Below, in pieces: positions 50,511 to 62,800 of a DNA stretch of 64,000 nucleotides. The number at the start of each line of letters is the position of its first letter. Position 1 is the first letter of the stretch. Origin of the DNA: Klebsormidium nitens (lineage: Eukaryota > Plantae > Klebsormidiophyceae); contig DF236973.1 of NCBI GenBank assembly GCA_000708835.1, forward strand, positions 232,699 to 296,698, given 5' to 3'. The translations under genes were made by a program, and so were the position numbers. The notes below the pieces were generated by a model. That model did not search any database. It was not told where the DNA came from and worked only from the letters and a program-made list of their open reading frames with translations.

Positions 50511-50887
50511 GTAGTGGTGGTACTCAAAGACGGAAGTAGAATCCTCCTCTATATTCCCTCATCTTTGGCTTCTTTTACGAAAAGCTTCTACATTAGCGCT
50601 GTGCATGCTGCCACTGTAGCTCAGTAACAAAGCGTCCCTTGTAGGGGGCCAAGCCGGTACACAATGCAGCACCATGTCAATCAGCGTTCTGGAAAGTGTG
50701 AAGCTGAACTCGCAAAGGAAGAAGTCGCTCTAATTTCAAGGTGGTCTAGAACTTGCGATTGAGTGCATGCAAACATTGATTCGACCAATCAGCTTCTCCA
50801 GAGCGCATAACTTGAGCTCCAGGAAATGGAGGAACATCAATTTCTGGTTTGAAAAATCCTGCAGTGGCTCTAGGTGGCGCTGCCATC
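50511..50887. promoter_or_regulatory. Probable bidirectional promoter between NUP210 and SAC3B
   Basis: Divergent start codons (50510 or 50480 on -, 50888 on +) lie about 0.4 kb apart. Inferred from the arrangement only. Confidence 0.6.
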
Positions 50888-53800
50888 ATGGACCAAAAAG
50901 CAGGGCCAGGCGCTCCCACTTTTGGAGGCTCGTCCACACAGCCTGCTTTTGGGGGGACGGGGACAACATTTCCCTCCTTTGGACAAACAGCAGGATCACC
51001 CACCTTTGGAACTCCTGTCGCAACAACTTCAGCGAATTCCTCCTCATTTTCTGGAGCTTCGCTCTTTGGATCAGTGCAACCATGGAGCGGAGGGTTTGGC
51101 AGTCAAGCATTGGGTTCGATGCAGGGTCCAATTCAGACCTCAGCTTCTGGGGGGATGGCAACATCAACAGGTTTCAGCAACCCTCCGTCAGCTATGATGG
51201 GGTTCGGCGGAGCCAGACCTCAAGCATCGGCGAGCGCTTTCCAATCCAGCGCAATCAACGCCACAGGATCTAGCCTTCAAAGCTTTCCAGCCCCCTCAGG
51301 TGCTTTCAGCTTTGGAGCAAGCCAGGCACCCCGTGCATCGACCTCCCCGCCTGTGGCGGGAGCTGGTTTCGGGGGCTTTCCGAGCCCCCTTCAGACTGCC
51401 ATGGGAAGCCAAACTACCCCCAGCTTTGGCACAACTCTCATTCAATCCCAGCCAGCTTCTACACCCACTTTTGGCGGTGGTGTCGGTGCCCCTGCGGCAT
51501 CAGGTGGTTTCACCTTTGGTGTCAAACCTCCAGATGCTGTGGTTGCGCAAACTCCCCCTCTCACATTTGGCACCATTAAGACCCCCACGTTTGGAGCTGG
51601 AGCTGCCGCTACCCCCCCTGCAAACAATCCGCCCAACCTCTCCTTTGGATCCAAGCCCCTGTCGCCGGAGAAAAGCCAACCGGCCTCAGGGCCTAAGAGC
51701 ACTGTGTTTGGGAGCGGTGCAACGTTGTTCGGTGGGGCATCTGCAAATGCTCCCCCCAGTAGCGGCGTTAGTCCCGCTGGGTCTGCTCCCGCCCCCCTTG
51801 CGTTTGGAACCCGGTCAAGTGAACAAGGTCTTTTAGGCCCTGCGCCTGGCATTGATGGTAGAAAACAGGCCTCGTTTGGGGAGGGCTTCGCATTCAGCAA
51901 GGCCCCGAGAAGTTTCGGCTCATTGGCGGCACTGAGTGAGCTCGATGAAGGGCCCCACGGCCGCACCAGTAGAAGGAGTGGGGGGGAGGAGAGGGGGGGC
52001 CGGGGCGGGAGGGGCCCTAGCATGGAGCGGCGATCGGAAGAGGATGAGAGGTGACTTTCTTTCATAGCTTTTACCTTTTTCTTGCGTCCATAACCATGTG
52101 CGGGCACCCATCCCAAACAACCATTTGACCAAAACGGTGTACTGTTGATGTGGTTCTCTTCATGTTATGGTCATTTTTGTGAATGTGACAAGTATTTGCG
52201 ACCAGCTCAGCACATCATCCAGGAGGTATGCAGGGAATGCCTGAAGAAGGGCTATGCTACAGAAATTTCTGCCTGCATTTATTATAGCAGCTTAGAATGT
52301 ACGGTGGCTCCTTGACAGCCCCTGAAGCCAGCTTCGCTTTTGAACGATTCGTTCTGTGTTTGACACGCCCTTTCAAATCTCCAACGTGCCTCCTTGCACT
52401 CCCAACTGCAACAGGAAGCAGAAGGCTGGCGTCGAAATAATCCTGCAGATACGCTTAACCTCAAAAACGCGTCTGCCCCTTCTCTCTTGCAGCGAAAAGG
52501 AGCGGAAGAAACTAGAGCGGGAGAAGCGTTTCGGCCGGCAAGCGCTGGCTGAGGTGCCGAGCGCCGCGCCGGCCAGGCCAGCTGCCGTACGGGAGGCAGA
52601 GCCTGAACTGGACCTGCCATCAATGAGACACGGCCCAATTGTGGGCACGTGTCAAGACATGTGCCACAGTGAGTGACGCTTTCCAACCCCGTTCGGGCTC
52701 TGACTGTCACGGATTGCAGCTGCATATCTGGATTCCTTTCTCCAGGTTTGACTTGGTCGACAAGTTTGTTGCGGCCTCCGGTGATCTTACGTTATCAATG
52801 GTTCAGATCGATTCTTGGCTGCATCTGCAGCAAGTCTGTTCTCGAGTTTTCCAAGCAACTAACAGAAGTTAAGGCCCAAATGTTGGCGATATTCGCCGAC
52901 GTGAAGTTCTGATCTGGTCAACACGATAGGAGCGGCCTTCCGCTTCCATCTTCACGTTGATTCGTATCTTCTGTCAAACGTTTCGTAAGAAAGGCTTGTA
53001 GGTGTTTTACAAGCAACCAACCGTAGGAGAAGTCGCCAGATACCTACAACAACTGCTGCTCTGAAACAAGATGGAATCGCCATCCGGAATGAGCTCAATC
53101 CCATCTCAAGCTAGTTGACTTTCGTCCAACCAGGTCGTCAGAAAATTCCTTGCAAGTGCTTACACACCCTTGACTAACTATCAAACTCAAAAGAATCTGT
53201 TTAGCAGCTGAACTACTCGAAGTGTCCCCAAACAACCCTGTCATCTAGCGGATTCAATTGGGCTTCAAAGCACTGTGCAACGCTCCTTCTAAGCTCGGAT
53301 TCTCGTGCAGAGGAGGAGCGCGACCGGAGGGCCCGAGATAAGCAGCTGGACGTGTTTGAGCGGCTGGACGGTGACCCTGAGCGGACGTCCGCAGACCTGT
53401 GCGTCCGAAAGGTGTGCAGCCGTGGACCTTGTCTGTCCGCTTTGGTCTCTTGCCCTTGGTTTGCGCACTTATATGCAGTTGGATGCACGAGCGGTGTAAA
53501 GTGACTGGAAGAAACTGTCGTGCACTGCGCTAGGCCGGTCAGTATCCTTTTCGTACGATGCTCCTAGAAACTTTAGCAGGCACCGCTTTGCGGCTCTGAC
53601 TTCATCGTGGACTCCCCGAGGCAGCTTAGGACGGTTGCTCTCTAGCAGTCGCGTCAAACTTCGCATAATGGTCCGCACAAACCCCCAGGACTTTCTCACA
53701 GGCAGACTAGCCGTTAACTCTCCCTACTGTTCGTGCACCTCTCCCCGCTAGCCTCTAGGAATCCTCTCCCTACTGTTCGTGCACCTCTCCCCGCTAGCCT

Positions 53801-56800
53801 CTAGCATTCTCTCTAACCGGCTTCCAGACCCCTTTGATTGACCCTGCTTGAAAGTAGGTAAGGATTTGATCTATCTGTATATTTTGCGGGCACTAAGTCC
53901 CACTCTGCTCAGACTGCTGGCGGCGGACTCAAACTGGGGCAGATCCCCGAATCTCTTGGAATCTTGCACCTTTCCGGGGCACTTCGGCTGGCATGGTGAC
54001 TACTGGCCGGTTGATTTCGCCCGTTCGAGTCGGCGACTACGCTTCGTGTTCTTGGACAATCGCAACGAGCACTGTCTGCAGGCAAAGTTCAAAGCGGCCC
54101 TATCCCCAGAACCTTTGTCAGGAGATTTGCAGGTAAACCATGGGTTGTCGAGCATGTTTTCACAAGGCTTTCAAGGGCAAAACGTGACCGGTTGAACTTC
54201 CCCCGTGCAGTTCAGCCGCAACATCTCTGAGTCGGGCCGCGCAGAGCCGGAGCACATGCGCCCGGTCCCCGTGCTCCGCCGCACGATGGACCACTTATTG
54301 AGCCTGGCGGACATAGCGTATGACGAGCGGCTGCTGGAGGTGTACCGCTTCTTGTGGGACAGGACACGTGGCATCCGCCAGGACATGGTGGTCCAGGACA
54401 TTAAGAACGCAGCGTCGATCCAGATGCACGAGGAGATGGTGAGCCGGGCGTGAAAACTTTTCTGGACAAGGTTTGCTGAGTAAGAGTTCGCTGGGCGGTG
54501 CAAGCTGCCTTGGGCGTTCTTATGTTCGTCTTGTCAAGGTTTTCATTTTTGTGCGTGGCCGGCGAGACCATTGCAAGGAAACCGGGGCACTGATGAAAAT
54601 ATTTCAGGCGGTTTGACACGTAATGTTTACCGAGCAAGAAGGTTACTTGCATAGTACTCGAAGCAGACAGGGTTTCTTCTCTGGGAGTACTTTGGAAGCA
54701 CGTGCCTCTGCATACCCAGCACCTGGAATGTTGCTCCAAACGATGGGATACTTGTGCCATATTTGGACTGCAAATGCGTGGATCCAAAAGGTTGCTACTT
54801 TTCTTGTAGAGTGATGAGCTTTAAAGCTTGGAGTGGGGGTTCTTGTCCATTTCGGATCAGATCCAGTCTATTCTTGAAGATGCTTCATGTCTTATGGACG
54901 TACAGTGAAGAACCCTTGAGGCCATACTCCACAGCAAGAGCTTATGGCGGCCGCTCACCCGCTTATGTGCCTCCCAGATTCGGTTCCACATCTTGGGCGC
55001 GCACGAGCTGTGCGACCAAAAGGCGACCCCCGACAACTTCGACGGCTTCAACCCGCAGCAGAACATCGAGCAGACCGCCAAGGCGCTGACGTCACTCTTT
55101 GACATGTACAACACGCACGCGCGCGAGGGCGTCTTCTTTGACACCGAACCCGAGTTCCGGGCGTACTACCTGCTGCTCATCCTGGAGACGCACGCCGAGC
55201 ACTTCAAGGTAGTGTCAAGTTATGTCTTGCTCTTTCCTGTCTTTTCAATCTTGAGTTTTTTGACACCGAGCCGGAGTTTCGGGCGTACTACCTGCTGCTC
55301 ATGCTGGAGACGCACGCCGAGCACTTCAACGTAGTGTCAACTTATGTCTTGCTTTTTCCTGTCTTTTCAATCTCGAGTTTTTTGACACCGAGCCCGAGTT
55401 CCGGGCGTTCTACCAGCTGCTCATTCTGGAGACGCACCCCCAGCACTTCGAGGTGTGTGTCAATCACAGTGTCAAGTTCGCCTTGCTTTCTAATGCCCGC
55501 TTTGGTCTTGAAAGCTTTGACACCAAGCCCAACTTCTACGGGTACTAATTGCTAATCCAATTCCGAAAGGAAACGCGAGCGCTCTTTGTGGAGACATAGC
55601 CCTGCAGCATTGTCAGCACGTTGAGCTTGGAAAACGACCCTTGGGTATGTCATTCTTCGATTTTGTAAGGATTGGAGCCCTCGCTTGTGTCGGGCTCGAC
55701 AGAGTATGTTGTGGGTGTGCATAAGGGTGAGAGGTGAACTTTAGGCTTAAGGGTGAGCTCCCTGGAGAACGAAAGTCTGGCCCAAAAGGTTGACTGAACA
55801 CAATCTGCAAAAGGAGTACGTGGATTGACTTCATCAGTACGTCGAACGTCCCAACATACTAACCTAGACTGGCAGGTGTTCTTCTTTACCCTTTTCAGCG
55901 CGCGCACCGTAAGATGAAAGCCCTACTTTTGGTTTGCAAATAAAGTGCATTTACTTCTCATGTAGCAGTATCCTACAATTAACAACTCTTCTCGACTGGT
56001 TTTCCCCTTTCAAATCTTCTTTGCTCAATCTCTCCGATCTTCTGCCTTCTGCGACAGGTGGAGCAGGGCCAGACGAACCAGTTCCTGCGCGGGCTGCGGC
56101 CCGACGTGCTGCGGTCGCCGGAGGTGCACTTTGCCATCCGGGTTCGGAGGTACGCAGCTTCGGACTGAAACTCCTCACTGAGTTTGTGACGAAGTTCGTT
56201 ATAGAGAGGATCGTGGGACTCGTGGGTTCGTACAGCTGTTTGCATGAAACTTTCAACTTTTCTGCAACCTGAAAACCTTTTTAATGATCTTGGACCGTCC
56301 GTTTGGTTTCCTGAAGAGAGCGAACAGTCCAAGATGTTGTAACCGACAATCCTGCAGGCCTCCGACTGTGCAACTTTCACGCAAACAGCTGTATCACGAA
56401 GAATGGGCATAGGTCTTTGGGACTGAGGCGCGGTCCGTTTGATTCGAACGCGGCATTCAGCTCTCGAAGACTGACGGGGAGTCTCGCCGTCGATACACAA
56501 TGGTCAAATGAAAGATGGATGTTGGCCAGACGTTCGTAGCATCTTTCGAATAGCAAGCGCTGCCACTTTGGTCCCGCGAACTCGTGTCACTCCAGCAAGA
56601 CATAGATCAAGCAACGAACCTCCCACTATAAGATATAGCTTGCATGAGGATGTGCGGAAGTATGGGGCGCAAATCAAGCATCCAACGGCCAAGCGTTTCC
56701 GGTTTCGTTCGCAGGACGCGCGAAATGAAGAACTACGTGCGCTACTTCCGGCTGGTGCACGAGGCGACGTACCTGCAGGCCTGCCTCATGCACATCTACT

Positions 56801-59800
56801 TCGGCATCGTGAGCCCCCGCTCTAGTTCCCTCAAAGTTTTGCGTCAGATTCTGATAAACAAAGATGCGGAGTGCAGAAAGTAAGCCATCTCTGACGTAGC
56901 CTCTTGTTCAAAGCGCAGAATTGTTAAGGAGTCTCTTTCTAGCCATCTCGCTAATTTCTCCGTCTTTCTTTCGAAGCTTGGGGTTCGACGGTTCCTAGCT
57001 GCAATCTCGTCAACAAATGCTCCTCGTAGGCTTTGATCAAGACTGCAATCAGCTTTTTGCTAATCCGTACCACAAGGTTGCCGGTCTCAGTAGACTGCGA
57101 AGCCTTTTGCTTCGGACAGGACGTCACTTATCAAAGCAACGCAGTTGTCGACGCTTTTCCATCGAGCAACCCAGTGACTAACTTTTTGCAGGTCCCGTGG
57201 ATAAAGACTCCGGGTATACCGAATAAACAGAAAGAAGAAAAGGAAAGGCAAGAGAGAGGCTTCGAAAGAATAGAATTGCGACCTGTGAACTAGCTCTGAT
57301 TTTGTCGAACCTTGTATAGGTGCGTGGCGAGGCCGTGGAGATCATGAAGCGGGTCCACCGCCAGTCGGGAGACGCCATCACTGCGGAGGAGCTGCAGAGC
57401 GACATGGGCATGGACGTGAGATTTCCCCCTTCTGAGTGTGCTTTTCCGACTTCTTTCTTCAAACTCGTTGTTCTTTCAGACACTTCCTCACTATTACTAG
57501 TACAGGATCATTGAAGAAGATGTTTGCATCTTGCCTCTTCTTGATAAGGGTTTTGCGACCTCCTTTCCTCTGACGTGGTGTGGGAAAGTGGCCGGAACTT
57601 TGTGTTGCTCGCGGTTCTAATGTTTGATCATCAAAGTGTAGATGAGGATTGAGCTTCGGAGTGCCGGGACTAGTGTTGCGGAGTGGGTGCCTTTGGGGCC
57701 CAGTCTGCCTCCTGTTTAGGGTTTTCTTAAGACAGCCTGCGAGCATTGGAAAACCCATGCGTTAAAGCCAGCTGCATCTTTGGAACGCTTTGGCACAATA
57801 AGTCGCAGCTACCATCATTGAAGTCGTCCTTACCAGCTCTGCGTCGTTTTTGCAAGTGATAGCCTGATGGTCTAGGTAGGATAGCAACAGTCGTCGGGGT
57901 GAAACGAAAACCAAAACTCAAACCAATAATGGTATCCGCTCTGCACCAGTACGCATCCGTACGTCCAACCTAACCCCACCCGTTCCCGGGGCCATGACCA
58001 TGCCCTATTCAGAACTATCCTACCTAAAGCATAGGTCTATTTGCCCGTAATTCGTCACTTCTCCGACCGCCCTCACATCATTAGGTGCATTCTGCAGGGA
58101 GCCAGATACTGAAAGTTTCAAAGGTGAAGTCTCGCGCTGGGAAAGAATCAGGAATCTGAATGCATTCTTGTATGCGCAGGAGGATGAAGTGGAGCCTTTC
58201 CTAGAGTACTACGGCCTGTCGCTAGTTTCTCTCCCCAGCGGTCAAACGGGGCTGCGCCTGTCGCGGGAGGAGCGCCTCGAGCCGCAGCTGAAGCCGCCCG
58301 CCGCACGCCACTCCGGCGTCGTCGCTGGAAAACGAGCGGAACGGGTCATTCAAGATGTGTTGCACGCGGGGACGGCAGGTGAGTCGAGTTGCGCGGCTTC
58401 GAGTAAAGGGGCCTTTTGCCGTCCAGATCTTCGGCCAAGCTTTTAGAATCAAGAAACATTCTTCGAAGCGACAATTGGGGTCGTGCCGGCCAAGTGAATG
58501 CGAAGTGAATCATGGCGTGTTTCATGCGGGGACCGTAGGTTCGTGATCTAGGCAACCTTCAGAAGAAAAGTACATTAGGGGCGTCGCCCTCTTCCTGTTT
58601 TGTTCAAACTTGGCTGCTGAATGACTGCCTGCTGAGCGGTAGCAACTATGAGAGGGATCCTGTTCGAGCTTTTGGGCGACATTTGCGGTGGTGTTCAGGT
58701 TCAGCGGGCCTTTAGAGAGTTTGTTGTGCATGTTATTTGAGTGCACGTCCCCACTGTGTTATCGTCGGAGCTCTTGACGGCCCCGTTGCGGTTGCTAACT
58801 CGACGATCAACGCTCCCCGACGGATGCAGAGCTTCCTGCGTAATCCAAGCCAGTCCTGGTCCAAATGCGCGAACATTCGATCCCGACAACACTACGTGCA
58901 GAGACTGGTCTTCTGATGAATTGCATCTGGTTTGTGGAACGGCCCAAGCGCAGGGTCAATCACGGAGGCCGCTCTTTTTGTCAAGCCTGATGTTATCATC
59001 GTAATGTCGGTCATGCCACGCCACTGACTCTATTGTGTCCTCATGCTCAAGATGCCGCCGCCTCTTCTCCAGTCCCTCGGCCCCCACTTCTTTCCTGGCA
59101 ACCGCCCTCCTTTTCGGCTTCTATTGAAGCCTGATTTACGGCTTCTTATAAAGCCTAAATCTACAAAGAAGATTTGGCTCACATGCTTTCCACTTTTCAG
59201 GTGCCACCGCTTCGTCTCACGGTCCCCGGCCCCCCCTCCTCTCCTTGCAACCGCCCTCCTTCACTGCTTCAAAACCTCCGCTGTCGCCTCCCCGCAAACC
59301 CCGACCGCCTATCCATATTCCGCCCCTTTTCGATGAAGCTCTGGCGCAAAATCCTGCACTCGGAACGTCACCCCAGGCGGCGTCTCCCGTTAGATCCACT
59401 CCGGAACCTCTAGAGAGTCCTGGAACCCAGGCGACCGAAGCCGAGGCGCAAAATTTGCTAGAGGTGCGCCGAGCGGAGGAGCGGAAAATGGCGGAGATCG
59501 AAAAAATGAGAGAGGAGATTGCGAGACGGGAAGCGGCGGACCGGAAAGCGGCCCTAGAGGCGGCGGAAAAGAGACGAGCGGAACTCGAGGACCGGAAACG
59601 GCGCCAAGAGGAAGCGGAGGAACGGAGGCGAGAGGAAGAAGAACGGAGGCGGAAATGGGAGGCGGAACAGGCGAGGCTGCGGGCGGAAGCGGAACGGAGG
59701 AGGGTCCAAGAGGAGGCGCGGAGAAAAGTGAGTGGCGAAGTAGAGGGATTTCCGGACTCACACACTCCGGACTCTGAGCCATTCCTTCTGGTGTGAGGCC

Positions 59801-62800
59801 GAGTTGTTGCACTTCTTCCCGTTAAACCTGCCACCCTTGTGCCGTTTCTTCGCTGAGTACGCAATCTTGAACCGTATCATTGACAGGAATTGTTGATTCC
59901 ACGGTCCAAGATCAGGTACGAATATCGAGCCTTGAGAAGGAATACAATTTTGATGCAAAACAGCTGTAGAAAGGAGCTTTCAGTCGTCCGGTCAGGCCAG
60001 GCTGGAAGAGAAGAAGCCGCGCTTAATGACTCCCCTTCGACCTCTGGAGAAGCTCTGCATACCAGTAGAGAGTTTCTCGCTTCTGGGCATCCGTGTCCGC
60101 TCTCACGAGTCTCGCTGTTTTTTTGCGCTGTCAGTCGGCGCTGGAAGAGAAGAAGCGGCGCCGGGAGGCCGCTTTCGGCAACATGTGGTGGAGTTACTAT
60201 GCAGGAAGCACATTTGAGAGGGGAAGCCCTCGTCATGAAGGAGACTTCTCAAGTTTGAGCAACCGATGATACTCTCGAGATTCTTGTGTCTTGTGCTGTC
60301 AGGTGCGCTGAACAGAAGAAACGGCGGCAGGCGGCTGATGGTGTTCCTGTGCAAGACCGTCGAGAAAGAGCCCTCCTTAGCAATAAGGGCTCATTCAAGT
60401 TCGCGTATCTGACTCCGCTCTCACAAAACTTGCGTTTCTTGTGCCGTTGGGCTGCGCTGAAAGCGAAGAAGCGGCACCAAGCAGCCGCCCTCTTGCATCT
60501 CGTGGTGTTCCTGATGCAAGAAGAATTTCAAGGAGAAGCCCTACCCAAGAGTTTTTGGGTTTGCGCACCTATCTCCTTTTGGACGAAACTTGCTGTTTCT
60601 TGTGCTGCCAGGCCGCGCTGGAAGAAGAAGAAACGGCGCCAGGCGGCGGCCCTCCGGCGGCTTGTGGCGTTCCTGTGCAAGAAGAGCGTCGAGGAGGGGC
60701 TCTCTTTCTTGATAAAACCTCTCGAGTTTGCGCATCCGTTTCCGCTCTCAGGTTTTTGCCGTTTCTTGTGTCGTTAGGCTGCGCTGGAAGAGAAGAAACG
60801 GCGCCAGGCGGCGGCCCTCCGCCGGCTGGTGGTGTTCCTGTGCAAGAAGAGCGTCGAGGAGCGCGAGCAGGAGCGGCTTCTTGAGGAGGCGCGCGCGCGC
60901 GCCGAGCGCGCCGCGGCCGCGCTCGCGACCGTGTCTGTTCCGGGGGCTGTGAGGCCGTCCGGAGAGGCGGCCGGGTTGTACGGAGTTGTGGGCCGGGTAA
61001 GAAACGTCGGCATGACGTCGAAAGTTCTCGTCGCATTTACTCTGTCAATTATGCACGAGGACTCCGTCGGTGACTTGAATCCAGTCAAGTCTCTCGGATA
61101 AGACCTCGAAAAGCAGCATGGGCAGGCATGCCGATCGTGTACTGCGGGCTTTGTGCTGCTCTCCGCGCTGGTTGAGTGATCCGTTTGTAAGTCCTCTGAG
61201 CCTTTTGTTTGTTGCTCTGGCATGTCTCTTTTTTGTGTACGTTTCTTCTGCAGATCGTCAGAAGTAAAGAGTTTCACCTGGTGGTTAAAAGATATGTTTC
61301 GATACATTGAACCTCTTCCACAAAAGCGAAGCTTCTCTCTCCACAGTTTCGAGGGCGCTGTACACGTCTCGACAGAATAACAGACCAGTCAATCCTGGAT
61401 ATGCAGGAGGTCGAGCAAGTCACCTCCACTGCCTACGAACTCGAACGCCTCGGGGGGGAGCTCGCTGCCCAAAGAGAGACCCTGTGGGCCCCCCTGGAAA
61501 AGAATCTCATTGCCTCTGTCGCCGCCGGGCTGCAAATCCACAGCCCCGAGGCGCGGTGCCTCGCTTTCAAGCTACTGGTTAGCACCGGTTTGCAAAACCG
61601 CACACAAGAAGGAGAGGCTGGACATAGGTTTGAGATAGACGGAACGCGCGAAGCGGAAAGCAGTGCTGTGCAAGAGCGGTTTGTCGACGGGAGTTGGGGA
61701 TACGATGATAACGGGCGCTGGGGGAGGGTTGATGAAGGAGAAAGGAGGGGCAGGCGATCGGTGTTTGAGCGACTGAGTGGACCGTCAACCTCTCAGATTG
61801 CGGACGTCAGCATTACGGAAGGGAGGGTTGAACGGGGAGGGAGGGGCCGTCCCGCTGTCGAGACGGGGCTCTGGATAAGGGCAAAGCTGATGATGGACGG
61901 AACGCGAACGGAATATGGCGCAGCTTTGAGTCGAGGGGAGGGGGAAGGGAACGGAGAGGCAAGGCTTGCGGAAGGCGTCTTTGATGTTTCGGGGGGTTTT
62001 CAAGGCGAAGCGCAAGCAAAGCGCCAGTACGTGTGGCTGGCAGCGACTGAAGTCGAGCAATTAGAACCGAGGTCGGACCAAGAACGGAGACCGGCTTTGG
62101 AGAAGACGGTTTCTGGATCAAGTGCGATTGTGCACGTTTTGCACGCGGCGGGCTTGCGAGAGGTTGCAATGCTGTTGAGAGATCGGGAGCGGTTGCAGAG
62201 AATCGTGGATGTTCTTCCCGAGGGGGCCGGAGTTCCGCTCCTGGTGGTGGCGGGCTGTCCGCGAGCGGAATGGGCGGAAGCGGAAGCGGACGAAGGGGCG
62301 GGGCAAGAAGAGGTTTTGGATATGGACGACGAGGAGCAGGAGAATGGAACAAGGGCTATGGGGGCGGAACGGAACCAAGTAGGGAACTTTTGGAAAGCGA
62401 ACGGAGATATGGGCGGCGCAACTCTCCCGGCGGAAGATGAATCCGACGAGATGGAGGCCGGAACGAACGGAACCGTTACCGGAATGGAGCTGGTGCCCGT
62501 GGGCTCAGTCGACGATGACCTCATGGGTGACGTCGTCGATGACGTGGCAGGAGTGCCGTGGGGCGAGTGGAACGAGAGCGACGAGGATGGAGCGGAGGCG
62601 GCGGTGGGCGAGGCGCTGGGCCTGGACGAACTAGGCGTGGACGACGGGCGGCTCGGGGAGTGGCGGGTGGTGTTCGTGGGGGATGCGGTGAGTGGTTACG
62701 TGGCAGCAAGTTCCGGGGTCATGCATTATTCTCGTTTTATGATTAATGATAGAACCCTTTGAATAGAGAGTTTTGCAGCTTTGCGTTCCTTATGGCGAGG

